A stretch of 63,148 bases of DNA, counting the filler, from Bigelowiella natans CCMP2755 (taxonomy: Eukaryota; Protista; Cercozoa), in assembly GCA_000320545.1 (NCBI GenBank). It is 5 parts of 5 records of this genome, joined end to end, with 100 filler letters (N's around TTAATTAATTAA, not from the genome) between each part and the next. Parts side by side here need not be neighbours in the genome. Positions count along the whole stretch, not along the records: positions 1 to 29,231 come from ADNK01003351.1; 4 more parts are not named here. The stretch is one strand, 5' to 3'. Positions 1-23,949 of this stretch are shown here, in pieces. The notes under the pieces were generated by a model that saw only the letters and a list, made by a program, of their open reading frames with translations, was not told where the DNA came from and did no database searches. The stretch's first letter is position 1; every line of letters starts with the position of its first letter. A program made the translations under genes and the position numbers.

Positions 1-502
1 CCCGCCCTCAACGGGCAGCTACAATCGAAGATTGAACAGACGGTTGACAGGTAGAGATTTCTCACCCCGGATCTTTAGTATCTCTCTATTATGATCGTGA
101 CAGTCGCACTTGTCATTATGTATCGTATCTCTAAGGAGGCAGCTGTGACAGGTCATCTAAGATATCCCCCATCTCTAGAAAGATCCAAACAGCCTTGTTC
201 CACCCTGCTCCTGACTAATCGATGAACCGGTGGCAGTTGCACTGGAAATTGGCTCTCGCACCGTCTCCGTGAGTCCCTCGAACACAAATGCTCCCTTTAT
301 TCACCTTACACCTGGGGGGGGGGGAAGAGGGAGTGGGGGTGGGGGTGCTACGATGACTTTAAGTATGGATTTTCTAAAGAAGATGATTACAGGCAGAACT
401 AGAGGTAGCAGCCACCACCACGAGACAATGCCACACTCTTCCTTACTTATGTCATCAGCTACTCATTCATTATTACCAAAGCACCAAGAGGACGCTTAAT
501 TG

Positions 503-535
<33 letters not shown>

Positions 536-850
536 TGCTTGTATACCAAAGTATATCTCCTCCAATTCGTTGCTAATGGTATCATGGATACGTATTATTC
601 TCTCTCTCTCTCTCTCTTTCTTCCTCCTCCCCTACATATTGATTTTACAATATTAACCTAGATAATATTAGGCTGCTGCTGCTGCTGTTGCTTTCATGCC
701 TTATTCTCGACTAATAACTATTTTGTTGGTGTTTTCCCATTGCAGCAACTGATAGATGGTCGCTGCTTCGAGAAGAGGTAATAGAACAACATCAACATTG
801 TATGCAGCATTATTATCAGTCAGAGTGAAAATCATACAGAGGGTTACTAA

Positions 851-889
<39 letters not shown>

Positions 890-2247
890 GGAATATGATA
901 TGCTATTTGAAACTGATAATGGCAGTTAAAGGAATTTCGCAAGATGGCTTCTACACTAGGTGATATCTGCTTAGATTTGGTTCTGATATGGATAGAAACC
1001 CTATTGGATATAACACAACCGTTATTCGTCTTATTAAGTCTAACTATTGAATACAACACAACCATTATTCGTCTTCAGTGAAACTTTATCTACCAGCTGT
1101 ATCCAGCTTTGCCAGAATGGTATTACTAGAAATATTCGTCGTCCGAGATGCCACTTGCATGTATTCTCTGTTTATTGTAATGAGTCCGCCTGGAAGATTA
1201 AAATGTGTGTTTGCGGGTGTTATTTTGTTAAAACATTTTCTCACGATCATTAAAGGTATTGTGGGTTGCAGTTTCAAGTATAATCAGCAAAGGTGCGAAG
1301 TAATATACAAATACTTATAAGAATCAGGATAAACAAGTAAACAATCATCTTGATCAAGCTGACAATATGTTTGCAATAAGGTGTCTCCGACTTTTTCAAC
1401 TATCTCGAGAACAAGATACCGATAGGTGGAGTGAGCACAGAGTCTGCTGCTTTTGACAGAAATTACTACAGATATCTCGATACTCAACAGCTCTCACAGC
1501 TTGACACTAATGATGATTGGGCTCAATTCCGAGAGGGGGGTAGCAGCATGGAAGACGTGGGAATTGGCCCCATTTAGCATGAGCATGAATCAGATTTTGT
1601 AGTTGACATGCGATTGTCTTGCGAGAAATGGCCATGCTTTATTGCTTATTGGGTTTCGAATTGTTGTGCACAAGCTGATCGCATCATGGCGTGCTAATCA
1701 TGTGCGTTGTCTAGTTGTGCTAAGCCTAGCGAGAGTGTTCAATGATGACATTCGCACTGTGATCGACGAAGAATGCATGGTCGATGTTAGCGTCTTGCGA
1801 CGAGGAAAACCACTAAGCGCGTATCTGCGCTGGGATTATTGGGAAATGTGGGGCTATATAAGCTACATTCAGTGCTTGACAGACATTGCAGCAACTGTCG
1901 TTATTCCGTGATCAGCTTGATAGGCAGCTGGGGTGTTTTATCCACAAATGCATCTACGCTTGCAACGCCTCGCTAGCTCGTTGCTCTATATTGCATTTGC
2001 CCGGCGCGGGCTCAGTCCAATGCCAGATGCAATGACAATGAGATTTAGATCTAGACGTGTTGCATACGCTTGTGCAGTATGTCTGAGAGATGTACTCTAG
2101 TACTGCGGATGCACCAACTGCACAGCTTCAGGTGGAACAAAGTAGACGTAGTAACGTGTGTCATTGTCTACGTATGCATGTGAATACCAATCTAAAGAGG
2201 AGGCATGATGTTGACATCTTCTTTGATGGTCATTTTCTTAATGTTAA

Positions 2248-5200
2248 TTATCTTGTCACATTTGTATTCACTTCCTTCTCATAAGCTCGCTCATACTTAT
2301 CAATCTTTTTTCTAGTGACTCTAATTTTGTGGATCGCACGATCTATTAGCTTTTTCGCGTTCGGTGCTTCTTTGGTGTATGGCTTACTCCTGATGTCGCG
2401 GGCTAATGCAAATATCTCTTCATCTTTAGCCTTAAAGAATTCCTTCCTCCGTGATAAGATGAGATACAGCGCCAGCCTGTATATGATCTTCTTTCCCTCC
2501 AAGAGGTAGATATCGAAAACACGTATGAAGAGCTCCTTTGGAAACTCGTAGAATCGCCCTTGGAACCATCGAAACGCGTAAATCACTGATGACACATTTC
2601 AATATGAATGATGCATTTCAATATGAATCAGTCATATAAGCTTTATATGCGCATGCATGCAAACAAATAGTAGTAGTAGTAGTAGTAGTAGTAGTAATAC
2701 CAGGATCGACTCCCTTTTCACCGAGCAAATTGGCTAGCTTTGGGTCTAATTTCCGCATTAGCCTGGTAAACACTTGCAATTGCCTGAGTAAGAATGCAAG
2801 CAATATGCATAATACATATTGATGAGAATGATGATGATGACGACGATGATGATATGCTCCTTCATATTATTCTTCATCTTCTTCTTCTTCTTTCTTTTCC
2901 TCTTCTCTGCCTTACTTCATAAGCTCTGGAAATCCTCTTTCATAGAGACCAGCACAAGAGTATTTGGGGTGGCTCATCAAACGATCCATGATAAAGAACG
3001 CTGTCTCTTCCGGAACATACGTCAACAACAGACTTGCCAAAGATCCCATGCCCTGGCAATATCTAAGAAGGAAGAAATAGATGATAGAGAAAACACAGAC
3101 AATATGTTAATACAACTCAAAAATCCCACAGGAAGTCTAAAGTAGTACAGTGATGAATGATGATTAATGCTGTCGTTTATTTCCTTCATTTGATCAGTTA
3201 TCATGACTCAACGTGTCACAGAATCTCCGTAATGATGAGGACATCGTTATCACACTACGTGTCGGGAGCAGCAGGCAGCCATCATTATTATCATCAAAAT
3301 GTTGTTCTTCACTTACCCAACTTTCGGATTGTATAGGCAGTATGCTTTGAGCACATTATAGAGGCTCTCTTGCCCAATACCTGATCGTAGTATGTGTGTG
3401 TGTGCGTGTGTGTGTAAAATAGACACATAAGGTAGTGATCATTAAACTTGTAATGAATGTATTGTATGCCGATTGTCGTCGTCGTCTTCGTGGTAACAAT
3501 ATGCTTGTTGTCCTCCTCCTTTGAGGAAAAGAACTATTCATCTAATGTAGCTCCTAACGTTAGTAGTAGAAGTAGTAGTAGTTGTAGTAGTAGCCATAGC
3601 GGCAGTACTGGTAGCGATGGTGGTGTTCTTATCTTATGATTATTACTACTACTACTATTAGTACCTTTATTGTAAAATATGACATTTCTCGGATCCGTTC
3701 GGTGTAAGTCCTTAGCGAGTTGTATCTCATCACCTTCTTTCAGATCCTTGCTCAGTAAGCTTTGATACAACCCTGGGGCCTTTTGCTGCACAATATCAGC
3801 GCCGCACAACCTAAAAATTGTGAGGGGGGGAAGGGAGGAATTCATCCTTGATTATTATCATTATCAGCATCATCCCACTCATTATCAAATTAAACAGACA
3901 AATACATGTAGTTATGTAATGCAGAGCACCATTTATCTCATCATCAAAATGGTGGAAGAGTTGGTGTATTTGTTAACTAAGACTCTTACGAACAACACAT
4001 ATAAGCATAAGCACGAACACACACACACACACATACACACATTCCAAACTTCCTCATTCGAATCTTACTTTGGCCAGATAGCCCCCCTCACTGCGTCGGC
4101 TATACCAGCACGGATTCGTTGCTTAATCTTACTGACTTTTTCAGGATCTTTATATTTTGACCATTTCCCTAACATCTCCGCCCACTTAATTTCCCACTTC
4201 AACTCGTCTTTCTCTAATGGCTCAGAATCAGCCTTTGCATTTGGATTTTCAGGATCATTTTGGTCACTGGCTGTAGAGTAAAGAGAAGAAGAAGAGGATG
4301 TTATTATAGTTGTTCAGACTAATGATGATGATGATAATGATGATGGTAATGATAAAATGAATTATTATGAGGCTAAGTGACGACAAACTCACTGCTGCAT
4401 ACTTAGTCGAATTACTACTATCATCATGCTCTGCACTCTATATCGTATGCACAATGTAATGCTACTACTACTACTATTACTATTACTATTACTACACACA
4501 AAAATCTTGCTAGTACCAGTCACAACAGCGAGTACTACTATTACTATTACTCTTACTACACACAAAAATCTTGCTAGTACCAGTCACAACAGTGCCCCAG
4601 CGATCTACTTTCAAGATTTTCTTTTCTACCACCTCAACCTGAGCTTTGATGTCATCTGCAACGCTACGTCGTCTAACGACATTAGGGTGTTCTTTGCTTT
4701 TGGTTTCCTTTGCTTCACTCCCCACTGGATGATGATGATCATCATCATCGCCTATTATTTCGTCTTGTCGTCCTCCAATTGCAGCGTTAGTAGTAGCATT
4801 ATTATTAGCCTTGGAGATGTTCAACTCCCCATCATCGCTTGGTTCCTCGCCATCTTCGACTGGCTTATGACTCTTCCTACTTTCAGCATCATCACCTTTG
4901 GCGATCATGCCTTTTTCATCAGTTCCGCTAGTGTCTGTATCCATAATCTTGCAATCCTTCTCCATGGCATCTCCCCCGTCACCAATATTCTTATTTCTTT
5001 CCCTGTCATCCCCCCTCCCCTGCTCCTGCTCTTTCTTAATACCCACGCTTTCTTTGCCTGGTTCTTCCTCGTTATTACTTCTGTCGAGTTTTGTCTTATC
5101 CGCACCATTATTTACTTCCTCCCCAGATTGACTATTACATGTATTCGGTTCCGCTATATTCTCTGTAGCTACTGCCTTATCGGCATCGTTGTAACCTAGT

Positions 5201-5665
5201 TGTTTATTACATGCATTAGGCTCCTCTTCCTCCTCCACTAAATTCTCTGTAGTTACTGCTGCCTTCTCATTGTCGCCCTGCTGCTGGATAATAGCAACAT
5301 CGCCACCCTGGCTCTTCTTCTGAGTAGTGAGATATTGAAAGACATCAAAAATAAATTTAAGTAAAAGACGTTGAAATTTAGCAGGATTTCAAACGCATTA
5401 TGGCGATTCAATACGAGGCAAACACCATAGACATATTGATTTACAAAATAGGTTGTTTTACCATCTCTAAATTTATTCTTCCTTCCTGAGCTGCATCTTG
5501 GTCATGGTGGCCTTCGTTACCGCTCGCAAACGGTGGACTATCCCCCGCCTCCTCCTTATTTTCCTTATTATTGTCCTCCTCCTCTATCTCTTGTTTTTGC
5601 TGCTGTGTATGCCGTGATTTATTCTCAGCAGCGCCGTCTTCTTCTCCGTGGCCCACTCGCTCCAT
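2248..5665 (-). CDS. TBC-domain Rab GTPase-activating protein (multi-exon; acidic low-complexity N-terminus)
   Basis: Spliced exons give RIRAGIADAVRGAIWPK, IQLAKDLHRTDP (Arg finger), GQESLYNVLKAYCLYNPKVG, GMGSLASLLL...EETAF, and IYAFRWF...LFIRVFDIYLLEGKKIIYRLAL, which are the canonical TBC motifs. Start ATG at 5665 is tentative. Confidence 0.9.
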
Positions 5666-6332
5666 CAACGTAGACAATTCGGAAACTTTGGCTTGCTCTA
5701 GCAGGGCTAATGAGGGAGTTGACGGCAAAAGAATGAAGACTCGCAACAATATCTATTCTTGGAGGAGGATTATGCGAGTCCCCTCTGCAAAAAAATCGTA
5801 CCGATGGGGGAAGAGGGGGATAGGTTTAGATTTGGGAGTTGTTAATAAAAGGACTTAAGGATTCTAGTAGAGATTTTAGATTATAGGTGACAACAAGTTG
5901 TCGCAGGTATAAAATCACATGTGTTCTTTTTTGTTTCTGATCAAAATCAACAATTGGGTAGCATGACAAGCTGCCTCAGGTTACAATGTAGTTTGTTCGG
6001 ATTGTTCGGAAACAGCTGCGGCAATAATGACAACAACAACAACAACAACAACAAATGCAACAACAAATGCAACAACAGCAATAACATACTTTCATCAGGT
6101 GTTGAAAATAGACAACTGATTATCGGACAGATATCTTACTACAGCGCTCTACCCAACATAAAAAGGGCTTCCCTAGGTCTACTTCTACGACTAGTTTCCA
6201 AAAAGGAGGAGGGCAGGAAACAGCACCCTACCTACACGGAACAAAACAGGACGAAAGAGTATAACAGACTCCGAATCAATAGAGCAACCCATACGACCCT
6301 GCTCCTACTTCTAGAGAGAAGAAGCTTATCGA

Positions 6333-16636
<10,304 letters not shown>

Positions 16637-17451
16637 TGATGTATATGACGCAACCAGGGTTCTAGCACGAGAGATTATATGCCGTAGTTGTATGAAACTA
16701 GTCTAGCAACTTGTTAAATAGTGGTAGTGCACAAACAACGCTTACATGTGTAGATGTTTAGATATGCATCACACATGCACTACAAACACTAGCTTTTAGT
16801 GCACGCAAGATACATAAGACGGATGTAACTAATCAATTAAATTTGTTCAATGGTTATCCTGATGTAGCTGTGCAATATTTGTATATATACACATGTATGT
16901 ACACATACACATTGCATGAACACATGCGTCTGTGTCCGCCAACGCTCTAGCGCTCGCTAGCTAGCTAGCTGCAATGTAGGCGCATTTCATTTGCGTCGAC
17001 TACGGCTCATGCTAGCATGCAGCTTGCACATCATCATGCCACCGTGCAGCGACATTGGATCGTTCGTTGGCCTGCTAGATCTAGTCAGAGCGATTCGAAA
17101 ATTGACAGCTGCATTGCTAGATTGCCGCGGTAGCTAGCTAGCTGTTGAAAAGTGAAGCGTGTGAACGAAAACTTGGTGAACCCAGCTAGCCAGGCCGGCA
17201 CATCTAAATGCATGTGCCTAGGTGCACTGCCAGATGAACTAGCTAGCTAGCGGGCCACAGCTAGATGGGCGCTACATGCCACATCTTGTCCAAGTGTGCA
17301 ACATCGACACAAAAAGTGAGCCATCTCAAAAACTAGACGATGTTTTTCGACAATTTTTTGCTCAACGTGCAGCTGTCATTGCGCATTCAATTTGGCTCAA
17401 TTGAATTTGATCGTTTGTGAAAATACTCGGTGTGCGGCACGTGGGAACACA

Positions 17452-17522
17452 CAAAATGTCGACATTTTGCTGCATGTGACCACGCACCAAACGGTCACAC
17501 GAAGCAAAATGTCGACATTTTG
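17452..17522. repeat. 71-bp hairpin; each arm carries the 18-bp palindrome CAAAATGTCGACATTTTG
   Basis: 30-bp inverted arms with 2 mismatches and an 11-nt loop, read directly from the sequence. Confidence 0.9.
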
Positions 17523-18659
17523 ACACTCCTGGACTCGTTTGACCAGTGCTTTCAGCAATTTTCATCGTTTTTTGCTGTGCATGCGCAATTCTAAGCATTC
17601 GTGCCAATGGGAGAGTTGTTTTTGCTTTTTCTTGAATCATTAATGGACCAATCCCTTGGTGACTTCACACCGCAGAAACTTCCCATGTGTTTTGCCCTTC
17701 CCATGCATTTTGCCAGAAACATCACTGTTGTTTTGGGAAGTGTTCTCCCGAAGACTCTGATGGATTTCTGAGAATGCTCTCGGCCTGTTCCTTCTCTCCC
17801 TTTTCGGGACCGAGATTGGCATGGAAAGAATGTCTGCCGTATTTGCATGCAACATCAACAAAACACAATTCATCTTCTTTTGTGATCACCCCAGTGTCGC
17901 ACCGAAGCGCCGCGCGCCTCTGCAACACAAATTCTCTCATCATCCAAGCTCACTTGACTCGCTCCTCTCCCTGTTCCTGTTCCTTGTTGTCTCTGATGCG
18001 TTTCTCACAGCTTTCTTCTGCCCAAATTTGGAAACGGTCCGCATCAAAACGAAGCCGCAAAATGTGGAGACGTGTCAAAGAGGATCAATGATGACATTCG
18101 CGACGGGAAGGCCCCAGAATTCAAGAACAACTCAGCGGTGCGCAAGTTTGCTAAGAAACACTGCCAGGATGCTGAATCATCGGAAAACGAAATCGTTCGT
18201 CGAATGAAAAACAAGGATGCTGGGCACATCAAAGCGAAGACACGCGGTGGAAAAACACAAATGAGAATCACGTGTGGGAAGATCGCCATGCCAATCGTGC
18301 ATGCTCACAAAGATCGGACCGTCACTGCGAGCGCTGCTGAACGTGCTGGGCGAAAGTGAACTGCTTTCACAAAGCGGAAGGCAGGAGACGCGTGCACATG
18401 ATCTGGTCTTTTGTCACTTGTGACTTGTGACACCAAATCTGGCCAAATGAAAGTGGACAGAATTCAGAACAAAGTGGAAGACGTGTGGGATGTGCTGACG
18501 GACAATTGTGAGACGGATGTGATGAATTGATCAAACATTTTCAATGGTCATCCCAATGTGGGGCCGGCCATGCAAAGCAGCGGCTACGATGCAGTGCTTG
18601 TGTTGCATCCATTTGTCTCTTCTGTCACATGTTTCATGCATTTGAAAGCATCTACATCC

Positions 18660-19330
18660 GGTCATCGATGTCTTGCAGTGCGCGCAGCAGTTCTTGTCTC
18701 TTTTTCTGCTTCAGTCAGCAGCTTTGTCTCATCGTTTCGATTTGTGATGGCGTTCAATTGATTGCGTGATCTGAGCTGTTGATGTTCGCATTTCTCGCAT
18801 TGAAGGAGATGATCCACATCTTTCACGACACCACGCACATTGCACGTGGCATTTTCCTCTTCACATTGTCCTCGGGATGACATGAATTCACCAAGATTGC
18901 CGACTGATTGCAATGCTTGGCAATTTCAATCTGACACCAGTGATTTGAGAGGATGGAAGAAACCCAAGATTTTTTAGCTGTGCAGCCCTTGTCAAATCAT
19001 TGGACCACTCTTCTTCAAAGGCAGAGAAAGAAGGAGATTTGATCAGCTTTTTGAGATCTTTTTTGAGTGCTTCTCTTGTCGTCAGAATGGCAGGAAGTTC
19101 ATCATCTAGTGGGTCGTCTGCAATTGAGCTGAGCCAGCGAAAGCTAGAGATGCTTCATTCCATCCAGGATTTTTGGAACAATTGATCTTCAACATGAAAA
19201 CCAAAACTGCTGTGATTGTGCATTTCTTCATCTAGTGCATGTCCGTCACTTGCCATCATCGATCCAAACGTTGGTGCGTAACCAAGTTTTGGTGCACTGC
19301 ATTTTTGTTCGATGTCGTGGCATGATAGAC
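18660..19330 (-). mobile_element. Decayed non-LTR retrotransposon (LINE ORF2 3' end, zinc-knuckle-like) relic
   Basis: Minus-strand fragment NLGEFMSSRGQCEEENATCNVRGVVKDVDHLLQCEKCEHQQLR resembles the Cx2CGx3(E/D)x2HLLxxC..Y..R CCHC motif at the C-terminus of LINE RTs. It is frameshifted and interrupted, and no RT core is visible. Confidence 0.5.
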
Positions 19331-19701
19331 ACAGTAATGGCACATGTGCTATGCATGTGATGCACGAGTGCGCGCGATCGAGGACATTTGTTAAAAGCAT
19401 GTAGTTCGTGGCGACCGTGATCATCATGGCGCACACATGCAACATTATCGATCATCAGCTGGAGCGGCGTAGCAAATGGAATTGCTATGTACGTACGTTG
19501 CGCAATGCAAGCAGCAATAATCAACGCTGCGATTATCTAGTTATGCATGCATGACATTCACATCGTTTAAAGCATTGGGTTCTCTAATGACCGTCAAACT
19601 GTTTCGCAACAACGAATCCATCGAATCACCAATCAATTTATTGTACAAAGAGCACACAGGATTTCATGCAGCAAGGGCTAGAGACACGTTTTGGCTGCTA
19701 C

Positions 19702-21390
19702 TCAATGTTTTTGCTTTTTGTTTGGAGGTTGGCCATCGAATTGTCGAGAATGATGCATTGATCCCATCTGATTGCTGTGTTGCATCATTCCTTGTTGGAA
19801 CTGCTGCTGCTGTGATGGATGATGGGACTGTTGGCTAGGATGATTCTGCATCATACTGCCCCCCCCGCTACTACTACCGTCACCCGAGATAGCTGGTTGT
19901 TGTTGCTGGTGATGGCTAATTCCTGCTGCTCCGCCGCCTCCTCCCCCTCCTATTCTCATGTTGTTCTGATTTGCCGTTCCACCGTGACTATTCATATGAC
20001 CAACTTGATGTTGTTGTTGTTGTTGTTGCTGCATCATTTGTAGCGTAACAGGCATCTGAATAAAAAGAATACAGCACCAATGTAGTAGTACTACCCATTA
20101 GGAATAATGATACCTTGATAGATGATGATGTAAAATGTTAGAGATCGAGATATAAACAACGCAGCAAAGAATTCACATTAATTATATTTAATTTCCATGT
20201 TGCTGCTTTATGTCGAATCATCTCCAAGTTAAATTTGCGGATTATTATTATTACAGGGACTGGAGATCCAACTTTGTAGTCTCTTTCCCCTCCTCCTCCA
20301 GCTCCCCCTCTCATTAAGCTGCTACTACGCTGGGGGGGGGGTGGCGGATGATGATGCTGCTGTTGCTGATGTGGAGATGGTAGTAGTTGTCCTCCTGGCT
20401 GATTATTCGACATCCTTCCACCATACATGTTGTGCATGGTTTGTTGTTGTTGTTGTTGTTGCTGCTGCTGCTGCTGTGATGGAGATGGATGATGATGTGC
20501 GGCAGTTGATGATGATGCTGTAGTAGTAGAGGATATAGATGGATGATGATCTCCACTGCCACCGTTAGCCAGATTACTGCCTCTCTGAATCTTGGAACAT
20601 ACAGTCAAACGAAAGGAGCAAGGAATGAATGAATGAATGAATGCATTCATGATGGCAGATAGACTGATGAATGGTGAATGAACAAACGAATGCATCCATG
20701 ATTCATGATGGCAGATAGACGACGAGGACCACGAACAATTGGTGAGTATTCGCCAAGACGATGTTCAATATAGTAAACATTATGACTGCTAATATACATT
20801 ATGCTACTTGATGGGAAATGGTTCAAACACATCCTCGTGTACTACCACGACATCTTGGAAATAGAAGGAACGAAAAAGGGGGGGGAGGTGGGGTTGGGAT
20901 CCTACAACTAATACTATTAGTACTAGTACTACTACAAGTACCTGCATTTGGGTTTGATCAAATTGATGCTGTTGCTGCTGCTGAATGCTGCTGCTGAATC
21001 CTGATGCCACCGCCTTTAGAGAATAATCAATTAATCATACAACACCACCACCATGCCAGTGAGGATAGTAAGGAGTATGGAACATCATGCATACATGTAT
21101 CCATGCATGCATGCATCAGGGAGAACACCTACTCTACAACTAACTACTTATCAACAACAGGTTATTAAGGTAGCAGTAGCAGTAGTAGTAGTAGTAGGAT
21201 AGCAGCTAAACATGATGATGATGATGATGATGATGATGATGGTAATTACCCCAACCAACCCCCCCCTTTGAAATGAATGATGAATCTGCTGCTGCTACAA
21301 CTTCTACTATTACTAACTAACTAACCTGCTGCTGCTGCTGTGGATTAAAGTTTGGATGCACCGAATAGTGGTGGTGTTGTTGCATATCCC

Positions 21391-21424
<34 letters not shown>

Positions 21425-23468
21425 AAGAAGAGGAGTGAGAGAGTGAGGAGAATAGAAAGAGCAGTTGCTACAATTATCACCATTACTAATGGACAACCGC
21501 CACGTTTAAGTGATTGACCAACAAAGAAAGGAGGAGGGAGGAGAAGGAGGAGGAGGAGGAGAAGTAGCGTCGCACAGCATGTGTATTCCTCCTCCTCCTC
21601 CTCCTCCTCCTACTCCTTCCGTCTTGTTAGTTATCGTCGTGACATTACTTTCTCACTCTAGTAATATTAGTAGCGTGAATACAGCACCTAAACAATATAC
21701 TGGTGTACTAGTACTTTGTTTATTTGGTTGTAATGATATTTTTACTTCTGCTGTTCTGCTGCAGGTTTCCATTCTCCATAGTCTTCCATTTTATTCTTTG
21801 AGGTCACAAATCCAGGTGTATTTGGTGTTTTAAGATGAAAGTTTGGAGATAGTAAGGCCAGTGACGGAGAGGGAATTGGATGATGAAGCCCTTGCTTATT
21901 GCTCATCAATGCCGCTGCCGCTGCTGCTGCTGCTGCAGTAGGATTGTTGTTACCACCAGCAGTAGCAGCACCAGCACCACCGTGGTGCATGATCTTGATA
22001 TCCTGAGAATCATCCAGATCCAAACGAGGCTGTTGATTATTACCCGCTGCTTTATGCTGCTGTTGTCCAATCATGTGTGCTGCTGCTGCTGCGGCGGCGG
22101 AGGAGGAAGCGTCGGTGGGAGTGATTTGTCCTCCTCCTCCTCCTTGCATCACAGCCGCTGCGGCTGCTACAGCTGCTGCCGTCGCTTGCTGCATTTGGTG
22201 CGGAGGCTGATGATGATGACTTGAGGTTTGAGGTGGAGAGCGCATCATATTTTGAAACTGAGTGGTTGCGGTGGATGGATGTTGTTGTTGTTGTTGTTGG
22301 GTCTTTTTCATATGTTGTTGTTGCTGCTGCTGCATCATACTGAATGATGGCTGCTGTGGTGTTCCCAATGGGGGGGGGGAGACAATATCAAATGGAGGAG
22401 CGCCCTTGATATTGCCGGCACCACCACCAATTTGATGACTTACGGTCCCCCCCCCCCCTCCTCCTCCTCCTCCAAATTGGTGATGATTCTTCATCATACT
22501 TGGCCCTCCTCCTCCTCCTCCTCCTACAATAAGTCCACCAGCTAATCGTTGTTGTTGTTGCTGCTGCTGCAATTGGTGTAGTCCGAGATGTATGCTTGCT
22601 GGTTGTGGAACATAATCCTATATAATAATAATCACAACGTACGTACACACCAATTCGTATTCTTTATGTATTAACTAATATTCCAGTACTAGTATAATTG
22701 CAAAATTATTTATATTGTCGCATTACAAAAACCTCGGAATGATATTGGGAAGCAGAGAAAGGGTCAATATCATACTTCGTCGTGATACATGCATACTTGT
22801 ATTTGTATGTTGTTATTATCAGCTTGTAAACACTTGCTGCTGAGACTGAAAATGGCACTCTATGTGTGTATGTGTGCGTATCATCTTGAGGGTGCAGTTT
22901 TAAAGAGGAGGTGAGAATAAACAGTTGTTCTTCTGGTAAGAGGTAGTGTTCTGCTACTTAGCAGCTCTTATCAGAAAAATACTCGTTTTCTTCTACCTAT
23001 CTCTCTATAACGAATGATGATGTCCTTTTTTTGGCAGAAAAGAGAGGTTTTTAAATATTTTTTCAAATTACGACGATCTAAACATCTTTTTCGGGGAGAA
23101 GCAGCCGTCTGGGGAGGGGGGAGGGGGGAGGGGTAAGGGGGCTTTCTTTTTGGTATTTATGTATAACATCGAAGAGAGAGATGGTGTCTCCATCAGCTCT
23201 GTTGTTATTATTATTGTTATTCTCTCAAATCCTCCTCCTCCTCCTCCTCCTAACCTTATCTCTTGTTGTCCAGGGGGATATGAGATCCTCATTCATCTTT
23301 TTAACCTGCTTATTACGTAAAATAGGATATGAGATCATCGTTCATCTTTTTAACCTGCTGCTTACGTAACATATGTAGTACAAATTGATGGATGTTGTTA
23401 TTTTAATGTTGTCCTCTCAAGGTCGTGAGAAAACATAGATAGGAGGAGCAGAATTGCAATAATTGCAC

Positions 23469-23503
<35 letters not shown>

Positions 23504-23709
23504 TCCCTACTGTTTTGTCGTAGTAAGACCGTTCTCCTTCCCCATCATCTTCCCCATCACCATCATCATCATCATCATCATCATTAATATCGCTGCTGAT
23601 GACCGGTATTATAAATACACAACTACAATTGCTACTGATGACACTCCATGCATTAAGTATTAATTCGCCGATAACAACTTCTTACCCGGGGAGGTGGCAT
23701 AATATTTCG

Positions 23710-23745
<36 letters not shown>

Positions 23746-23907
23746 TTGCATGCCATGAATCTGGGCGAATGGTGGTCCCGGACCACGCATTTGATCTACT
23801 ATCATATGAGAAGGAGGAAGAGGAGGAGGACAACTTTGTGGCATTCTTGGAACCTTTTCGTTGTGCTCATGTCTGATAACATCTTCAACCTAGTGGAAAG
23901 AGAGGAG

Positions 23908-23949
<42 letters not shown>

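Larger units (their letters stand above)
16920..19330. other. TpA-depleted domain between convergent gene ends
   Basis: Hand count: 11 TA in 17341-19260, 8 of them in CTA/TAG context. All TA in about 16920-17340 are in CTA/TAG context. Confidence 0.9.

Noticed and set aside
1-800. Possible exons of a gene at the window start
   Set aside because: GT/AG-bounded blocks exist but I could not establish a consistent frame or domain.
4426-5199. 257-aa hydrophobic + strand ORF and similar poly-L/poly-M/poly-CV ORFs
   Set aside because: Antisense shadows of real exons or translations of microsatellites.
17341-19330. Fungal-type RIP or CpG-methylation decay as the cause of the TG/CA excess
   Set aside because: RIP raises TpA and 5mC decay removes CpG; here TpA is lost and CpG persists.
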